Positions 28,612-38,673 of a stretch of 64,000 nucleotides of DNA are shown one piece after another (the first letter of the stretch is position 1; each line of letters opens with the position of its first letter). The stretch comes from Candidatus Saccharimonadia bacterium. Its GTDB lineage: Bacteria > Patescibacteriota > Saccharimonadia > UBA4664. The DNA lies in assembly GCA_041743505.1 (NCBI GenBank), contig JBGTMQ010000004.1, forward strand, positions 3,602-67,601. Direction: 5' to 3'. The notes under the pieces were generated by a model. The model was not told the origin of the DNA. It saw only the letters and a program-made list of their open reading frames with translations, and did no database searches. The position numbers and the translations under genes are program-made.

Positions 28612-29070
28612 CTAGCTCGTGCGCGACTTAAGCCGCCGCAGTTCGGCCTCAAAGCTGGCTACGTCAGTAAAACTCCGGTATACGCTGGCAAACCGCACAT
28701 AAGCCACGTCATCGAGCTGCTCAAGACCGGCCATCACCAGCTCACCAATCCGGTCGCTCGACATCTCGCTCTCGCCGCTGGATCGTACCTGCCGTTCGAT
28801 CCGCACAATCAACTCCTCGATTTCAGCAATCGCAATCGGCCGCTTCTCCACTGCCCGGTAAATGCCCGCCGCTACCTTGTCACGGCTAAACAACTCCCGC
28901 CGGCCGTCCTTTTTGACCACAGCCATCGTCGGCATTTCCATCCGCTCATAAGTCGTAAACCGGGCCGAGCAACCCAGACACTGCCGCCGGCGCCGAATAG
29001 TCGATGAATCGTCCAAATCTCGCGACTCAATGACCTTAGAGTCAAGGTAACCGCAATCGTGGCACCTCAT
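28612..29070 (-). CDS. nrdR: Transcriptional repressor NrdR
   Basis: MRCxxC...SKVIESR, RRRRQC..C..RFTTYER, ATP cone, VAYVRFASVY. Confidence 0.96.
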   Translation of the reverse strand: MRCHDCGYLDSKVIESRDLDDSSTIRRRRQCLGCSARFTTYERMEMPTMAVVKKDGRRELFSRDKVAAGIYRAVEKRPIAIAEIEELIVRIERQVRSSGESEMSSDRIGELVMAGLEQLDDVAYVRFASVYRSFTDVASFEAELRRLKSRTS

Positions 29071-29097
29071 ACTTCACATCCTCCCTCACCCACTCAT

Positions 29098-29114
29098 ACC
29101 CCCACATGTGGTGT
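29098..29114. promoter_or_regulatory. Candidate NrdR box
   Basis: ACCCCCACATGTGGTGT with palindromic core CCACATGTGG, between the nrdR extended -10 (TGCTATGCT) and the start. Confidence 0.5.
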
Positions 29115-29261
29115 ACGTACCATTAAGCATAGCACCACCATAAGCACCTTCGTCAAATAGCGCTTTTGAACTTTAATAAAGCCAAAACACCATTTACTCA
29201 TAATCACTTTTCCACAGGTAAACCACTCATCTAGCGTAACCGGTGCAGAAGCCCACGCTAT

Positions 29262-29307
29262 TTGCAAGCGGATTACCGGTATTCCGGATTCTCAAAATCA
29301 AACCGGG
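29262..29307. repeat. 46-bp direct repeat, left copy
   Basis: TTGCAAGCGGATTACCGGTATTCCGGATTCTCAAAATCAAACCGGG is identical to 30215-30260. Confidence 0.95.
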
Positions 29308-29417
29308 TTGAGCAAAGCCTAAACTCCGCTCAACCCGTCACTTTGCCCAAAATATCAGCGTAAGTCGCTCTTGGCTCCTCGGAGGAATTTCAGATGATTA
29401 CTTATTAAGAAAAAATA

Positions 29418-29735
29418 TTAGCTATTGTGTAGATACTTACGCTCGAGTGATTCAAGTAATTCATATACTCGCTTCCAGGCAGTTTGTCGCATTGTATCAT
29501 TGCCAATTTCTGTAATACCATTTGGAACCTCCAGACTTGCTACAAGATCAAAGAGTTCATCGAACATAGGTTCGTTTTTTTGATACCAATCGTCATGAAA
29601 ATGATCATTACTGGCCAAATTAACCATGCATCCAGCAATCTCCATGTCATTTTTTCGCCCAAAGTCCATCAAGCACTCTTTCCAATAGCCAAGAGCATCT
29701 TCAATAGATGTGAGATCAACTACAGATTTTGCCAT
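29418..29735 (-). CDS. Acidic low-GC hypothetical protein (immunity-like)
   Basis: AAGGAGG RBS; 105 aa; inside the repeat-bounded islet. Confidence 0.65.
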   Translation of the reverse strand: MAKSVVDLTSIEDALGYWKECLMDFGRKNDMEIAGCMVNLASNDHFHDDWYQKNEPMFDELFDLVASLEVPNGITEIGNDTMRQTAWKRVYELLESLERKYLHNS

Positions 29736-29811
29736 GGTTGCCTCCTTACGGCGAGTAAATTGGCGCCCCTGATCGATTATATACCGACCAGGGGCGAATT
29801 GCTGAACTTAC

Positions 29812-30153
29812 TTACCTCTTGTCCTTGTGAGAACCGTTGTAAATTTCTTCCCCCATGTCGTCAATGACGATATGTTGGCCGCCCGATCCATCACGATCAA
29901 GAATCAGAAACTCTGTGGTCGGGGCTTGACGGTCATGACTAAAGCCACCCTTTACCTGGGTGGTAAGATCTTCCGTACGATCTTGTACCGCCCACGAATT
30001 GCCGGAAGTGCCACCAGAACTAGCCGGTCCAGAACTTGTTGCCGGACTAGCCGGTTCGGGGTGCCCACGAAAGCCTCCGACAGGCGCGCGCCAGCTCTCG
30101 TCAGACTTACGGTAGTGGTCGTCATCTCCGGGCTTCTTGCGATACTGGCCCAT
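29812..30153 (-). CDS. Hypothetical protein
   Basis: GGAAGG RBS; 113 aa; low-complexity linker and small C-terminal domain. Confidence 0.6.
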   Translation of the reverse strand: MGQYRKKPGDDDHYRKSDESWRAPVGGFRGHPEPASPATSSGPASSGGTSGNSWAVQDRTEDLTTQVKGGFSHDRQAPTTEFLILDRDGSGGQHIVIDDMGEEIYNGSHKDKR

Positions 30154-30214
30154 GATGCGCCTTCCTGTTTGTAGGTGCTTCGGACGGGTGCAATATAAAA
30201 CAAAATGGTCATTA

Positions 30215-30260
30215 TTGCAAGCGGATTACCGGTATTCCGGATTCTCAAAATCAAACCGGG
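30215..30260. repeat. 46-bp direct repeat, right copy (flavodoxin gene 3' end plus 11 bp)
   Basis: Identical to 29262-29307. Confidence 0.95.
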
Positions 30261-30945
30261 AGCCTTTATCCCAGGCCGTACGCTGGTTGCCATAGGCCGG
30301 GATGCCGCCGTTTTTCTTCAGCATCTGTGCTAGATGCATCAAATTCCAGGCCATAAAGGTCGTATTCCGGTTGGTAAAGTCATTCTCCGGACCACCCGAG
30401 TCCTCGTCCAAATACGACGGACCCGGCCCCACCTCTCCAATCCAACCCGCGTCAGCTTGGGGCGGAATGGTGTAGCCTATGTGCTGCAAGCTATAAAGCA
30501 CATTCATCGAACAATGCTTAATCCCGTCCTCGTTACCCGTGATAATGCAGCCACCTACCCGGCCATAGTATGCGTACTGTCCGGCTTCATTCAGTAAACC
30601 CGAGTTGCCATACAGCCGCTCAATCACCCGCTTCATTACCGAGCTGTTATCCCCCAGCCAAATCGGGCCGCTCAGCACCAAAATATCAGCCGTCATAACC
30701 TTCTTGTAAATCTCCGGCCACCCGTCCCTGTCCCAACCGTGCTCACGCATATCCGGCTGCACCCCCGTCGCGATATCATGGTCAACCGCCCGGATCAGCT
30801 CCGTCTTGACGCCATGTTTTTCCATTATGTGCCGGGATACACCCAAAAGACCCTCGGTATTGCTCACTTCCGGCGACCGCTTCAACGTACAATTAATAAA
30901 TAATGCCGACAGGTCTGAAAAATCCCACTTCGCTTCTGCTGCCAT
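30226..30945 (-). CDS. Flavodoxin / NADPH-dependent FMN reductase family protein
   Basis: INCTLKRSP, ADILVLSGPIWLG, TGNEDG. Confidence 0.85.
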   Translation of the reverse strand: MAAEAKWDFSDLSALFINCTLKRSPEVSNTEGLLGVSRHIMEKHGVKTELIRAVDHDIATGVQPDMREHGWDRDGWPEIYKKVMTADILVLSGPIWLGDNSSVMKRVIERLYGNSGLLNEAGQYAYYGRVGGCIITGNEDGIKHCSMNVLYSLQHIGYTIPPQADAGWIGEVGPGPSYLDEDSGGPENDFTNRNTTFMAWNLMHLAQMLKKNGGIPAYGNQRTAWDKGSRFDFENPEYR

Positions 30946-31025
30946 CACTTCTCCTATACTTGCCCTGTAAGTATACGCCAAAAAGCACTGGCTGATCTAA
31001 GCACGCTTAGACCAGCCACCTGCCA

Positions 31026-31778
31026 CTAAACAGGACCTGTGTTAGGAAGGATACCTAAATAATCAGCTGTTAACCGCTGCCAACTGCACCACCTGGGCCG
31101 TGCTGGGTCATCCATCAGATATTCCAGCAAACCCGCCGCCATCAGGTCACTAAACACCTCCGCAAACTTCCAGTCCTCAGCGCCACGGTCAGCCAACCTA
31201 AAATATATCCGGCGGCGTAAATCCGTTCGCGGCGATTCAGCCGGCCGCGCTAATTCCTCCAAAACCTTTGCCCGAAATTGAGCAGCGGTAGCCCCCAGTC
31301 GTCCGGCTGCTAGCCAATCCGTCAGCCGCGCGTCTACCAGCCGGCGGGTCACGACCAACTCTAACCCATTGCGAATAGCACCATAACGGCCTCCGCGGCC
31401 CCGCAATATATGGACTTCACGAATTTGCTCAGCCAGCTGGTCTACCAAAACCTCGGGCCTCAGGCCTCCCCCGCCCGGCCCGGCCCGGCGGGCCAACTCA
31501 TCCACCAGTTCATCCATGCCAAACCAGACATCCGATTGCACTACCGCCTGGCCACCCAAGCGCAGCGACCGGCCACGTTCATCCCGCAATCGGTTGGCCA
31601 GCTCAGCTTCCGGCGTACCTTTAGGCGGCCGCCGCACCGGCAGGTAACTACTCGCCAAAGGCTCCAAAGCTTCTTCAACCGCCCCGATCAATCCACCAAG
31701 ATCACCTCTTATTAGCCGTCGGTATTGGGCTGCTGCCCGGCGGGCTTGCGCTGGGGACACAATCGTGGCTTCTGGCAC
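31026..31778 (-). CDS. Hypothetical protein
   Basis: 250-aa ORF, GTG start, purine-rich RBS. Confidence 0.5.
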   Translation of the reverse strand: MPEATIVSPAQARRAAAQYRRLIRGDLGGLIGAVEEALEPLASSYLPVRRPPKGTPEAELANRLRDERGRSLRLGGQAVVQSDVWFGMDELVDELARRAGPGGGGLRPEVLVDQLAEQIREVHILRGRGGRYGAIRNGLELVVTRRLVDARLTDWLAAGRLGATAAQFRAKVLEELARPAESPRTDLRRRIYFRLADRGAEDWKFAEVFSDLMAAGLLEYLMDDPARPRWCSWQRLTADYLGILPNTGPV

Positions 31779-31897
31779 GGCCGCCCCTTTCTAACGGGCA
31801 AGTAATAGGTACAACTCGCTAAACTCACAAGTTACCATAACTATTATCCATCCCGCTGCTACCCGTCAAGTCGTTACCAGATAACCTCACACGCACC

Positions 31898-31926
31898 AAA
31901 AAGCCCCGCAGAACACGGGGCTTTTT
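31898..31926. terminator. ftsZ intrinsic terminator
   Basis: AAAAAGCCCCG...CGGGGCTTTTT. Confidence 0.8.
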
Positions 31927-31943
31927 AAAAAAACCAAGAGATG

Positions 31944-33353
31944 TTACTCGACCTTACGACGGATAAACGCCGGCACGTCCAAGTCATCATCATCGGCCAC
32001 ACCAAGATCAACCAAAGGCTGGCGCGAGCGCGATACAGCCGGTGCTGGCGGCTCCTCGTAGTCCGCCATCAGCACTTCGGGCTTCTTCGGCTCAGTATGA
32101 TGGCTCCGACCGTGGCTCACTTCCGGCTCTTCATTATCATCCGGCTCAATCGAAGCTAGCGGCGCAAACCGGCGTGGGGGTGCAGTCACCTCAGGCTCCG
32201 GTTGGTAAGGCAAAACCGCTTCCGGCTCGGGTTCCGTCTGCGGCCGCTCATTAATGAGTGGCTTGCGCTGGACCGGCATTACGGCAGGAGTCGCAAACAC
32301 TGGCTCCGGCTCAACCTCCTCGGGCTCAGGTTCTGGTTCAGCCGTCACCACCGGCGCCTGATGAACCGGCGCTGTCACAATTACTTCGCGCTCACGGCTG
32401 GCATTATCAAAACCGGTCGCCACCACCGTAATCTGAATATCATCCTCCAGAGCCTCCTCCAACACCGCACCGAAGATAATATTGGCATCCGTCGCCACCG
32501 CTTCAGTAATGGTCTTAGCCGCCTCGTCTATTTCATGCATGGTCATATTCCGGCCACCAGAAATATTGAACAATACGCCCCGGGCGCCCTCAATACTCGT
32601 CTCAAGCAACGGTGAATCAATAGCCTGGCGCGCTGCTTCCACAGCCCGGTTGTCACCCTTGGCCCGGCCAATACCCATGAGCGCCGAACCGGCATTGCTC
32701 ATGATAGCCTTAACATCAGCAAAGTCCAGGTTAATAAGACCATGAATCGTGATCAGGTTCGAAATACCTTGCACACCTTGCTGCAGCACTTCGTCCACAA
32801 TACTAAACGCATCCACCAGAGAGGTTTTGCGGTCAATCATCTGCAACAAACGGTCATTGGGTATAGTAATCAGCGTATCAACGTTGTCCTTCAGATCCGC
32901 AATACCGCTCTCAGCACTACGGCGCCGGCGCTCGCCCTCAAAGGTAAATGGCTTGGTGACGATCGCCACCACCAGCGCCCCTGCCTCCCGGGCCGCCGCC
33001 GCTACGTAGGGCGCACCACCGGTACCAGTGCCGCCACCCTCGCCCAGGGTAATAAATACCATGTCAGCACCTTTAACAGCCTCATAAATTTCTTTTTCGC
33101 TTTCCTCAGCGGCCCGGCGACCAACATCCGGATCAGCTCCAGCTCCCAAGCCGCGAGTCGTCTCGCGGCCAATGTGAATCTTGTACTTTGCTCTTGAGTG
33201 CAAGAGCGCCTGGGCATCAGTGTTGATGACTACAAACTCTACACCCAGCATTTTGGCGTCAATCATGCGATTAACAGCCGAGTTACCACCGCCCCCGACG
33301 CCGATAACCTTGATCCGTGCTGATGTATCAACCTCGGGCAGTATTTCTGCCAT
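31944..33353 (-). CDS. ftsZ: Cell division protein FtsZ
   Basis: GVGGGG, GGGTGTG, NLDFAD, C-terminal DVPAFIRR. Confidence 0.98.
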   Translation of the reverse strand: MAEILPEVDTSARIKVIGVGGGGNSAVNRMIDAKMLGVEFVVINTDAQALLHSRAKYKIHIGRETTRGLGAGADPDVGRRAAEESEKEIYEAVKGADMVFITLGEGGGTGTGGAPYVAAAAREAGALVVAIVTKPFTFEGERRRRSAESGIADLKDNVDTLITIPNDRLLQMIDRKTSLVDAFSIVDEVLQQGVQGISNLITIHGLINLDFADVKAIMSNAGSALMGIGRAKGDNRAVEAARQAIDSPLLETSIEGARGVLFNISGGRNMTMHEIDEAAKTITEAVATDANIIFGAVLEEALEDDIQITVVATGFDNASREREVIVTAPVHQAPVVTAEPEPEPEEVEPEPVFATPAVMPVQRKPLINERPQTEPEPEAVLPYQPEPEVTAPPRRFAPLASIEPDDNEEPEVSHGRSHHTEPKKPEVLMADYEEPPAPAVSRSRQPLVDLGVADDDDLDVPAFIRRKVE

Positions 33354-33694
33354 ATGATCTAACTCCTTACCACCAAAGACCCGATTAACCTTGGTTAATT
33401 GTATGCGGGTACAAAGTGCAGTCTAGCGCAGTTGTTCATGTGATGCAAATAAGTTATTCGCCTTAAAAGAGCCGAAATAACCGTACATATTTATTGTTCG
33501 AAATATCGTTTTTTGCGCTCTACGAAAATATACAGTATCTCCCAAATTAGGAGCGACAAGCCGGTTTCACAAAAAGTGCCCGAGTAAAAGTTTTCCACAG
33601 CCTGCATCACTAATGTGCTCCATTTCATAGAAATAGCCCTGAAGTCACACCGGCTTCAGGGCTAAGATTTCGCGCTCATATCCACCGCCATCAC

Positions 33695-34246
33695 TCACAT
33701 ATCGAGCAGATCCTGCTTCAACATGGCCTCTGCCTCTACGCAGCAAACCCGCCAAACCGAGTGGTCAACGATCTTAAACTCAAACCCCTCATAGCGAATT
33801 GATAACCATCCATGGCTACCATTCTGTTGCCATTCGCACGGAATATGGCGGGCAACAAGCCTCAGAGCTATCACCTCCAAGTCAGAGGCCGGTGGAACCG
33901 TCAGGTCCAAATGCTCCAAGCCAAGCTTATCGCTGGCTCCCGGCCGCCGCTGCAGCAGCTTAACATATCGCAAAGTTGCACAGCCCCCAAACGGCCGCTG
34001 CTTGCGGATAGTCGAGATACTTCGGTCGTTTACCGGAGCGGTAAACACCATATCGCCAAAGCTGAAATAGGTTTGCTGAGCGTCAATCAATGTAGATTCA
34101 TCAGCCACCTTAATACCCAAGGCAGTCGGCCGGGGATCATATCTATCCACCAAGGCGGTTATGTCATCGTCACGCTCCAAAAACTTCCGCCAGCTACCCA
34201 GAGCATGCCGCGCCATCAGCCCCAAAGGAATGCAAGGTTCCGGCAT
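33695..34246 (-). CDS. VOC/YecM-like protein
   Basis: VNDRSISTI...KLGLEHLD; GGAGG RBS before ATG 34246. Confidence 0.55.
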   Translation of the reverse strand: MPEPCIPLGLMARHALGSWRKFLERDDDITALVDRYDPRPTALGIKVADESTLIDAQQTYFSFGDMVFTAPVNDRSISTIRKQRPFGGCATLRYVKLLQRRPGASDKLGLEHLDLTVPPASDLEVIALRLVARHIPCEWQQNGSHGWLSIRYEGFEFKIVDHSVWRVCCVEAEAMLKQDLLDM

Positions 34247-34286
34247 AGTATACCTCCTAATTGTCGAGGATCGCTTACCGCTTTTA

Positions 34287-35522
34287 TTACGGCAAGAAAT
34301 TCTTGAATATGCCCTTAATCCGGTCAACCGTCTGACCAATACGAGCACCTGGTGCCGCACCAACCGCCGCGTGACTCATATTCTCCAGCATCAAACCAAC
34401 GGGAGCTGCAAACGCCGGGTCATTGATCCGGTCAACAATACCGGTAAAACCCTCCGGCTTGCCGATAACAGCCGGCAGCTGCAATAGTTCTTTAGCCAGT
34501 TCCTCAATGCCCGCCATCCGGGCGCCACCGCCGGTCAACACGACGCCGCCGGGCAATAGGTGATCCTTGCCAACCTTCTTGAGCTCGTTGCGAACCAGCT
34601 GGAAGATCTCCTCCAGCCGGGCACCGGCAATCTTCTGAAGCTCGCGGCGGCTGACCAGATTCTCATCACCCTCCAGCTCTTCAATCCGGATCTTTTCAGT
34701 CGGGCTAGCCTTACCGGAATGCGCCCGCACATACTTTAGCTTGATCTTCTCGGCCGTATCCACATCGGTCTTCAAACCAATAGCCAGGTCATTCGTTATA
34801 TGACCTGCTCCCACCGGCAACACGCTCGAATACAGCACATCACCTTCTTCATATATAGCAATACCAGTTGTGCCACCGCCAATATCAATAACTGCCACCC
34901 CCAGCTCCATCTGACGCTTGGTCAAAACAGCCCGTGCAGACGCTAGCGGCACCAACACCTGACCCTGAATAACAATCCCAGCCTGATAAATACTACGGTC
35001 CAGATTCTTGATAGCCGGCGTAGCTGCTGTCACAATGTGCGACTCCACCTCCAGCCGGACGCCGTTCATACCCACCGGATCTTTAATATTGGTCTGAGAA
35101 TCTACTGCATACGACCGCGGAAACACTTGTAAAATCTCGCGGTTCGGAGGCAGCTGTATAGCTATAGCCGCCTCCTCAACCCGGTGCAAGTCCTCCACCA
35201 TAATCTCCTGGTCAGCCCGGCCCACCGCAATCACGCCCTTAGAGTTCAGGCTTTGCACGTGCGCGCCGTCAATGGAGATAGTCGCCCGGTCGATGGCTAC
35301 GCCAGAAATACGCTCAGCCTCGTCCACAGCCGCCGTTATACTGGAGACTGTCTCCTCCACATCAACCACCACGCCCTTGCGCATACCGCTGGTCGGCGCC
35401 ACCCCCACACCGATAACACTCGGCAAAGCAGCACCTTCTTCATGAAGGCCAACAATACAGCAAACCTTTGTGGTGCCGATGTCCAAGCCGATATAAATTT
35501 CTTCTGCGGGTTTTGCAGCCAC
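34287..35522 (-). CDS. ftsA: Cell division protein FtsA
   Basis: GLDIGTTKV, DIGGGTT, VLTGGGA, C-terminal amphipathic helix. Confidence 0.96.
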   Translation of the reverse strand: MAAKPAEEIYIGLDIGTTKVCCIVGLHEEGAALPSVIGVGVAPTSGMRKGVVVDVEETVSSITAAVDEAERISGVAIDRATISIDGAHVQSLNSKGVIAVGRADQEIMVEDLHRVEEAAIAIQLPPNREILQVFPRSYAVDSQTNIKDPVGMNGVRLEVESHIVTAATPAIKNLDRSIYQAGIVIQGQVLVPLASARAVLTKRQMELGVAVIDIGGGTTGIAIYEEGDVLYSSVLPVGAGHITNDLAIGLKTDVDTAEKIKLKYVRAHSGKASPTEKIRIEELEGDENLVSRRELQKIAGARLEEIFQLVRNELKKVGKDHLLPGGVVLTGGGARMAGIEELAKELLQLPAVIGKPEGFTGIVDRINDPAFAAPVGLMLENMSHAAVGAAPGARIGQTVDRIKGIFKNFLP

Positions 35523-35658
35523 GGTAGCTACCTGTGTTCCTTGTACTAAGATCGTATTATAGTTCTTATGTCACCGTTAGCGCAAACGGTGTATACAGTC
35601 AGTATACATCCATTTTACCCGAATCTAAATACTACTCGGGTTGAACAAATAATGTGTT

Positions 35659-36405
35659 CTATGCGGTCAGAATCTCCGCCCCGTTTGCTGTCACCAGGAC
35701 AGTGTGCTCAAATTGAGCTGCCAAACTACCATCCCGGGTCACAATAGTCCAACCATCGTTCTCAATAATAATTTCATGCCCCCCCAGTGAGGCCATCGGC
35801 TCAATAGCCAGCGTCATGCCGGCCTTTAACCGCATGCCGGTCCCGGCGCGGCCAACATTCAAGACAGAGGGGTCCTCATGCACCCGATGACCCACACCAT
35901 GCCCGCTAATGTCCTCAAAAATGCCCAGTCGGTCTTGGCGCAGCCGCTGCTCAATCGCATGCGAAATGTCACCCACCCGGGCGCCGTCACGAACGTGCTT
36001 AATCCCGGCAGCCAGTGCCTTACGCGTAGCGCTCAGCAACCGCTCAACCTCCGGATCTATCACACCCACTCCCACCGTAACCGCACCGTCAGTAATCATA
36101 CCCTCATAATTAACCCCAAAATCAAGACCTATAATGTCGCCCTCAGCTAGTAACCGAGGGCCAGGAATGCCATGCACCACCTCTTCGTTAACCGCCACGC
36201 ACAGCACGGCCGGAAAACCCTGATATCCCAAAAATGCCGGCTCTCCACCCAGCTTTGCCAACTCATCCGCCGCCAACTGATCAAGCTCCGCCGTCGTAAT
36301 ACCCGCCTCCACATGCGGCGTCAGGTACCGCAGCACCTCAGCCAGCATATGTCCGCTAGTCCGGATACGGCTAATTTCAGCCTCATTTTTCACCTGATTC
36401 ATCAT
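35659..36405 (-). CDS. map: Methionine aminopeptidase, type I
   Basis: VNEEVVHGIP, GHGVG..HEDP, IEPM, AQFEHT. Confidence 0.96.
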   Translation of the reverse strand: MMNQVKNEAEISRIRTSGHMLAEVLRYLTPHVEAGITTAELDQLAADELAKLGGEPAFLGYQGFPAVLCVAVNEEVVHGIPGPRLLAEGDIIGLDFGVNYEGMITDGAVTVGVGVIDPEVERLLSATRKALAAGIKHVRDGARVGDISHAIEQRLRQDRLGIFEDISGHGVGHRVHEDPSVLNVGRAGTGMRLKAGMTLAIEPMASLGGHEIIIENDGWTIVTRDGSLAAQFEHTVLVTANGAEILTA

Positions 36406-36932
36406 GCCAATGACTCTCTCACCAATGCTTCAACCTCATCCATATTGCCGCGGCCATCCACCTTAGCCAACTGCGCTCGAGTCTCATAATATTCGGCTAC
36501 CGCTAGCATTATGGACTCATATTCACGCCACTTCTTTCTCTGCGCCAGAATATTATCATCACTCCGGCCACGCAACCTCAATCGGTGCTCACTCGTTGCC
36601 TCATCAATATCAATCTGAATCACCCGTATCAGCTGGCGCGACTGCCGCTCGAGGAATTGTTCCAGCCACTCAGCCTGGTCGGTAGTCCGCGGGAAGCCGT
36701 CCAGTACAATCCCCTGTTCCAAAGGCACTTCTGACACCGCTGCCGCTAGAATACGCTGCACCTCAGCCGACGGCGACAGTCGCCCGTCACCAAGCTGCTT
36801 AGCTACCACAGGATCCCGCCTCAATAACTGGCCCGTAGACAAGTGCACCCAGCCGCGACCGGCCGCCAATCGCTCAGCCTGCGCCGATTTGCCGGCACCG
36901 GTTGGTCCTAGAAATACCACTACCCCTGCCAT
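36402..36932 (-). CDS. adk: Adenylate kinase (short LID)
   Basis: GPTGAGKS, HLSTGQLLR, LDGFPRT, RGRSDD. Confidence 0.85.
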   Translation of the reverse strand: MAGVVVFLGPTGAGKSAQAERLAAGRGWVHLSTGQLLRRDPVVAKQLGDGRLSPSAEVQRILAAAVSEVPLEQGIVLDGFPRTTDQAEWLEQFLERQSRQLIRVIQIDIDEATSEHRLRLRGRSDDNILAQRKKWREYESIMLAVAEYYETRAQLAKVDGRGNMDEVEALVRESLA

Positions 36933-37291
36933 AACTGCACCACATGAGGCATAAATATGACCACCCCCAGCATTAATGCAGCAATCGCCGACACCAGCAC
37001 TGCCCCCGCCGCCATATCCTTGATGACCATAATGCGATGGTTATGCTCGGTGTCGATCAAATCAAGCGTCTTCTCAATCGCCGTATTAAAGATTTCCGCT
37101 AAGAACACAATAATTACGGCGAAAAATATCGCAGCCAATTCAGCATTACTCACCCGTAAGTAAATCCCTAACAGGAATGCCAGCACAGCGAACAATAAAT
37201 GTGCTCGGGCATTTCGTTCATATCGAAGAACATGAATGATCCCTTGCCATGCGTAATAAAAACCCTTCAGGAACCGCTTTATTCCTTCCAT
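36920..37291 (-). CDS. dgkA: Diacylglycerol/undecaprenol kinase family
   Basis: ERNAR, EIFNTAIEKTLD, KDMAAGAVL. Confidence 0.9.
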   Translation of the reverse strand: MEGIKRFLKGFYYAWQGIIHVLRYERNARAHLLFAVLAFLLGIYLRVSNAELAAIFFAVIIVFLAEIFNTAIEKTLDLIDTEHNHRIMVIKDMAAGAVLVSAIAALMLGVVIFMPHVVQLWQG

Positions 37292-37746
37292 CGAAACTCC
37301 CGGTAATTATATCCCGCCGCGCCTATCAGCCCACGCTGCAGCGCCTGCATATGCTCCTGCTGCTCCAGGGTTTGATGGTCATAACCCAAGACGTGGAGGG
37401 TCCCGTGCAATACCAGCAACGCCACCTCTTCAGCTAGCGTCGAATCGGCAGCTTCAGCTTGGTGGGCCGCTGTTTCCAGGCTCACCATCATCTCGCCCAG
37501 CACGCCGTCAATCGGCTCACCACCGTCTTCTATATAGCTAAATGACAGTACGTCAGTCGCATAATCATTACCGGTATACTCGCGGTTAGCCTCCCGGCTT
37601 CTCGCATCATCCACAAACATCACATCAATGATACCGTCCGGTGCCCCGTCCAAACTACTGACTAAAGCCGAAAACACCCGCTCGGTCGGCTCCAGATCAA
37701 GACCCTCCGGAACTTCGCCAATTATTTCCAGTTCAAAAACAGGCAT
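37279..37746 (-). CDS. ybeY: rRNA maturation RNase YbeY
   Basis: TDVLSF, HGTLHVLGYDH. Confidence 0.95.
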   Translation of the reverse strand: MPVFELEIIGEVPEGLDLEPTERVFSALVSSLDGAPDGIIDVMFVDDARSREANREYTGNDYATDVLSFSYIEDGGEPIDGVLGEMMVSLETAAHQAEAADSTLAEEVALLVLHGTLHVLGYDHQTLEQQEHMQALQRGLIGAAGYNYREFRWKE

Positions 37747-38192
37747 CAGGCGCTCAGACGCTCCCGGACCAGCTTGGAAACCGCACCTCCCTCAGCACGA
37801 ACACCCACCCGCTGCATCACCGCACCAACCACAGCACCCATTTGCTTCATGTCACTAGCGCCTTGAGCCGTAATTACCTCGTCAATAATAGCAGCCAGCT
37901 CCACCTCACTCATCGCCTCCGGCAGGTATTCCTGAATAATCTCCAGCTCAGCTTGCTCAACAGCAGCCAGCTCATCCCGTCCAGCCGCAGTGTACTGTTC
38001 AATTGAATCGCGCCGCTGCTTCGCCTCCCGCTGCAACAATTTCAGCTCCTCAGCCTCATCCAGAAGATGGCCCAGCTTTATCTCCTCGTTCTTCATGGCA
38101 GCTTTCAGCAAACGCAGCGTGCCAGTCCGGGCGGTGTCACCGGCCCTCATGCTCGTCTTCATATGTTCGGTCAGCTGTTCGCTAGTACTCAT
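37746..38192 (-). CDS. GatB/YqeY domain protein
   Basis: KQRRDSIEQY..AGRDEL, YLP, MGAVVG. Confidence 0.92.
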   Translation of the reverse strand: MSTSEQLTEHMKTSMRAGDTARTGTLRLLKAAMKNEEIKLGHLLDEAEELKLLQREAKQRRDSIEQYTAAGRDELAAVEQAELEIIQEYLPEAMSEVELAAIIDEVITAQGASDMKQMGAVVGAVMQRVGVRAEGGAVSKLVRERLSA

Positions 38193-38323
38193 CAGTTATC
38201 CTGCTTTCTCGCGTTCATTGTAACATTTTTACGCCGGGGTTAGGCTAAAACCAGCAATTGTACCCCACTGACACCAAAAACCCGCCTATGTAGCCGGGCC
38301 TTGGAACTAATATTTTTCAAAAA

Positions 38324-38533
38324 TTAACGGCCGAGATAAGCCTTAGTCTTAGCGGCCTTGCGAGCCGATTTGCGGATAGCGATCTCTCGTTGAGCACGCT
38401 TAGTCAGCGGCTTTTCGAAAAACTTGTTGCGACGCGCAATACCGAGCACACCAGATTGCTGCACTTTTTTATTAAAGCGCCGGATCATATTCTCAAGCGA
38501 CTCTTTGTCGTCTTTGCGGGTAACTTGTAACAA
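38324..38533 (-). CDS. rpsU: 30S ribosomal protein S21
   Basis: ESLENMIRRFNKKV...FFEKP; GGAGGT RBS before TTG 38533; adjacent to yqeY. Confidence 0.85.
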   Translation of the reverse strand: MLQVTRKDDKESLENMIRRFNKKVQQSGVLGIARRNKFFEKPLTKRAQREIAIRKSARKAAKTKAYLGR

Positions 38534-38673
38534 GTAAATCACCTCCTTTCAGGTAGACGTTTGGCCGTTTATTAACGAATGACAACCAATATAGATTACC
38601 AGATTTCCTTATAATGAGCAAGGTCATAAAAAGACCCCCGAAGCAACTAAGCTCAAGGGGCCATCGAACTAAT

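Noticed and set aside
29305-29336. Integron attC site
   Set aside because: Lacks the RYYYAAC...GTTRRRY arrangement, and there is no intI in the window.
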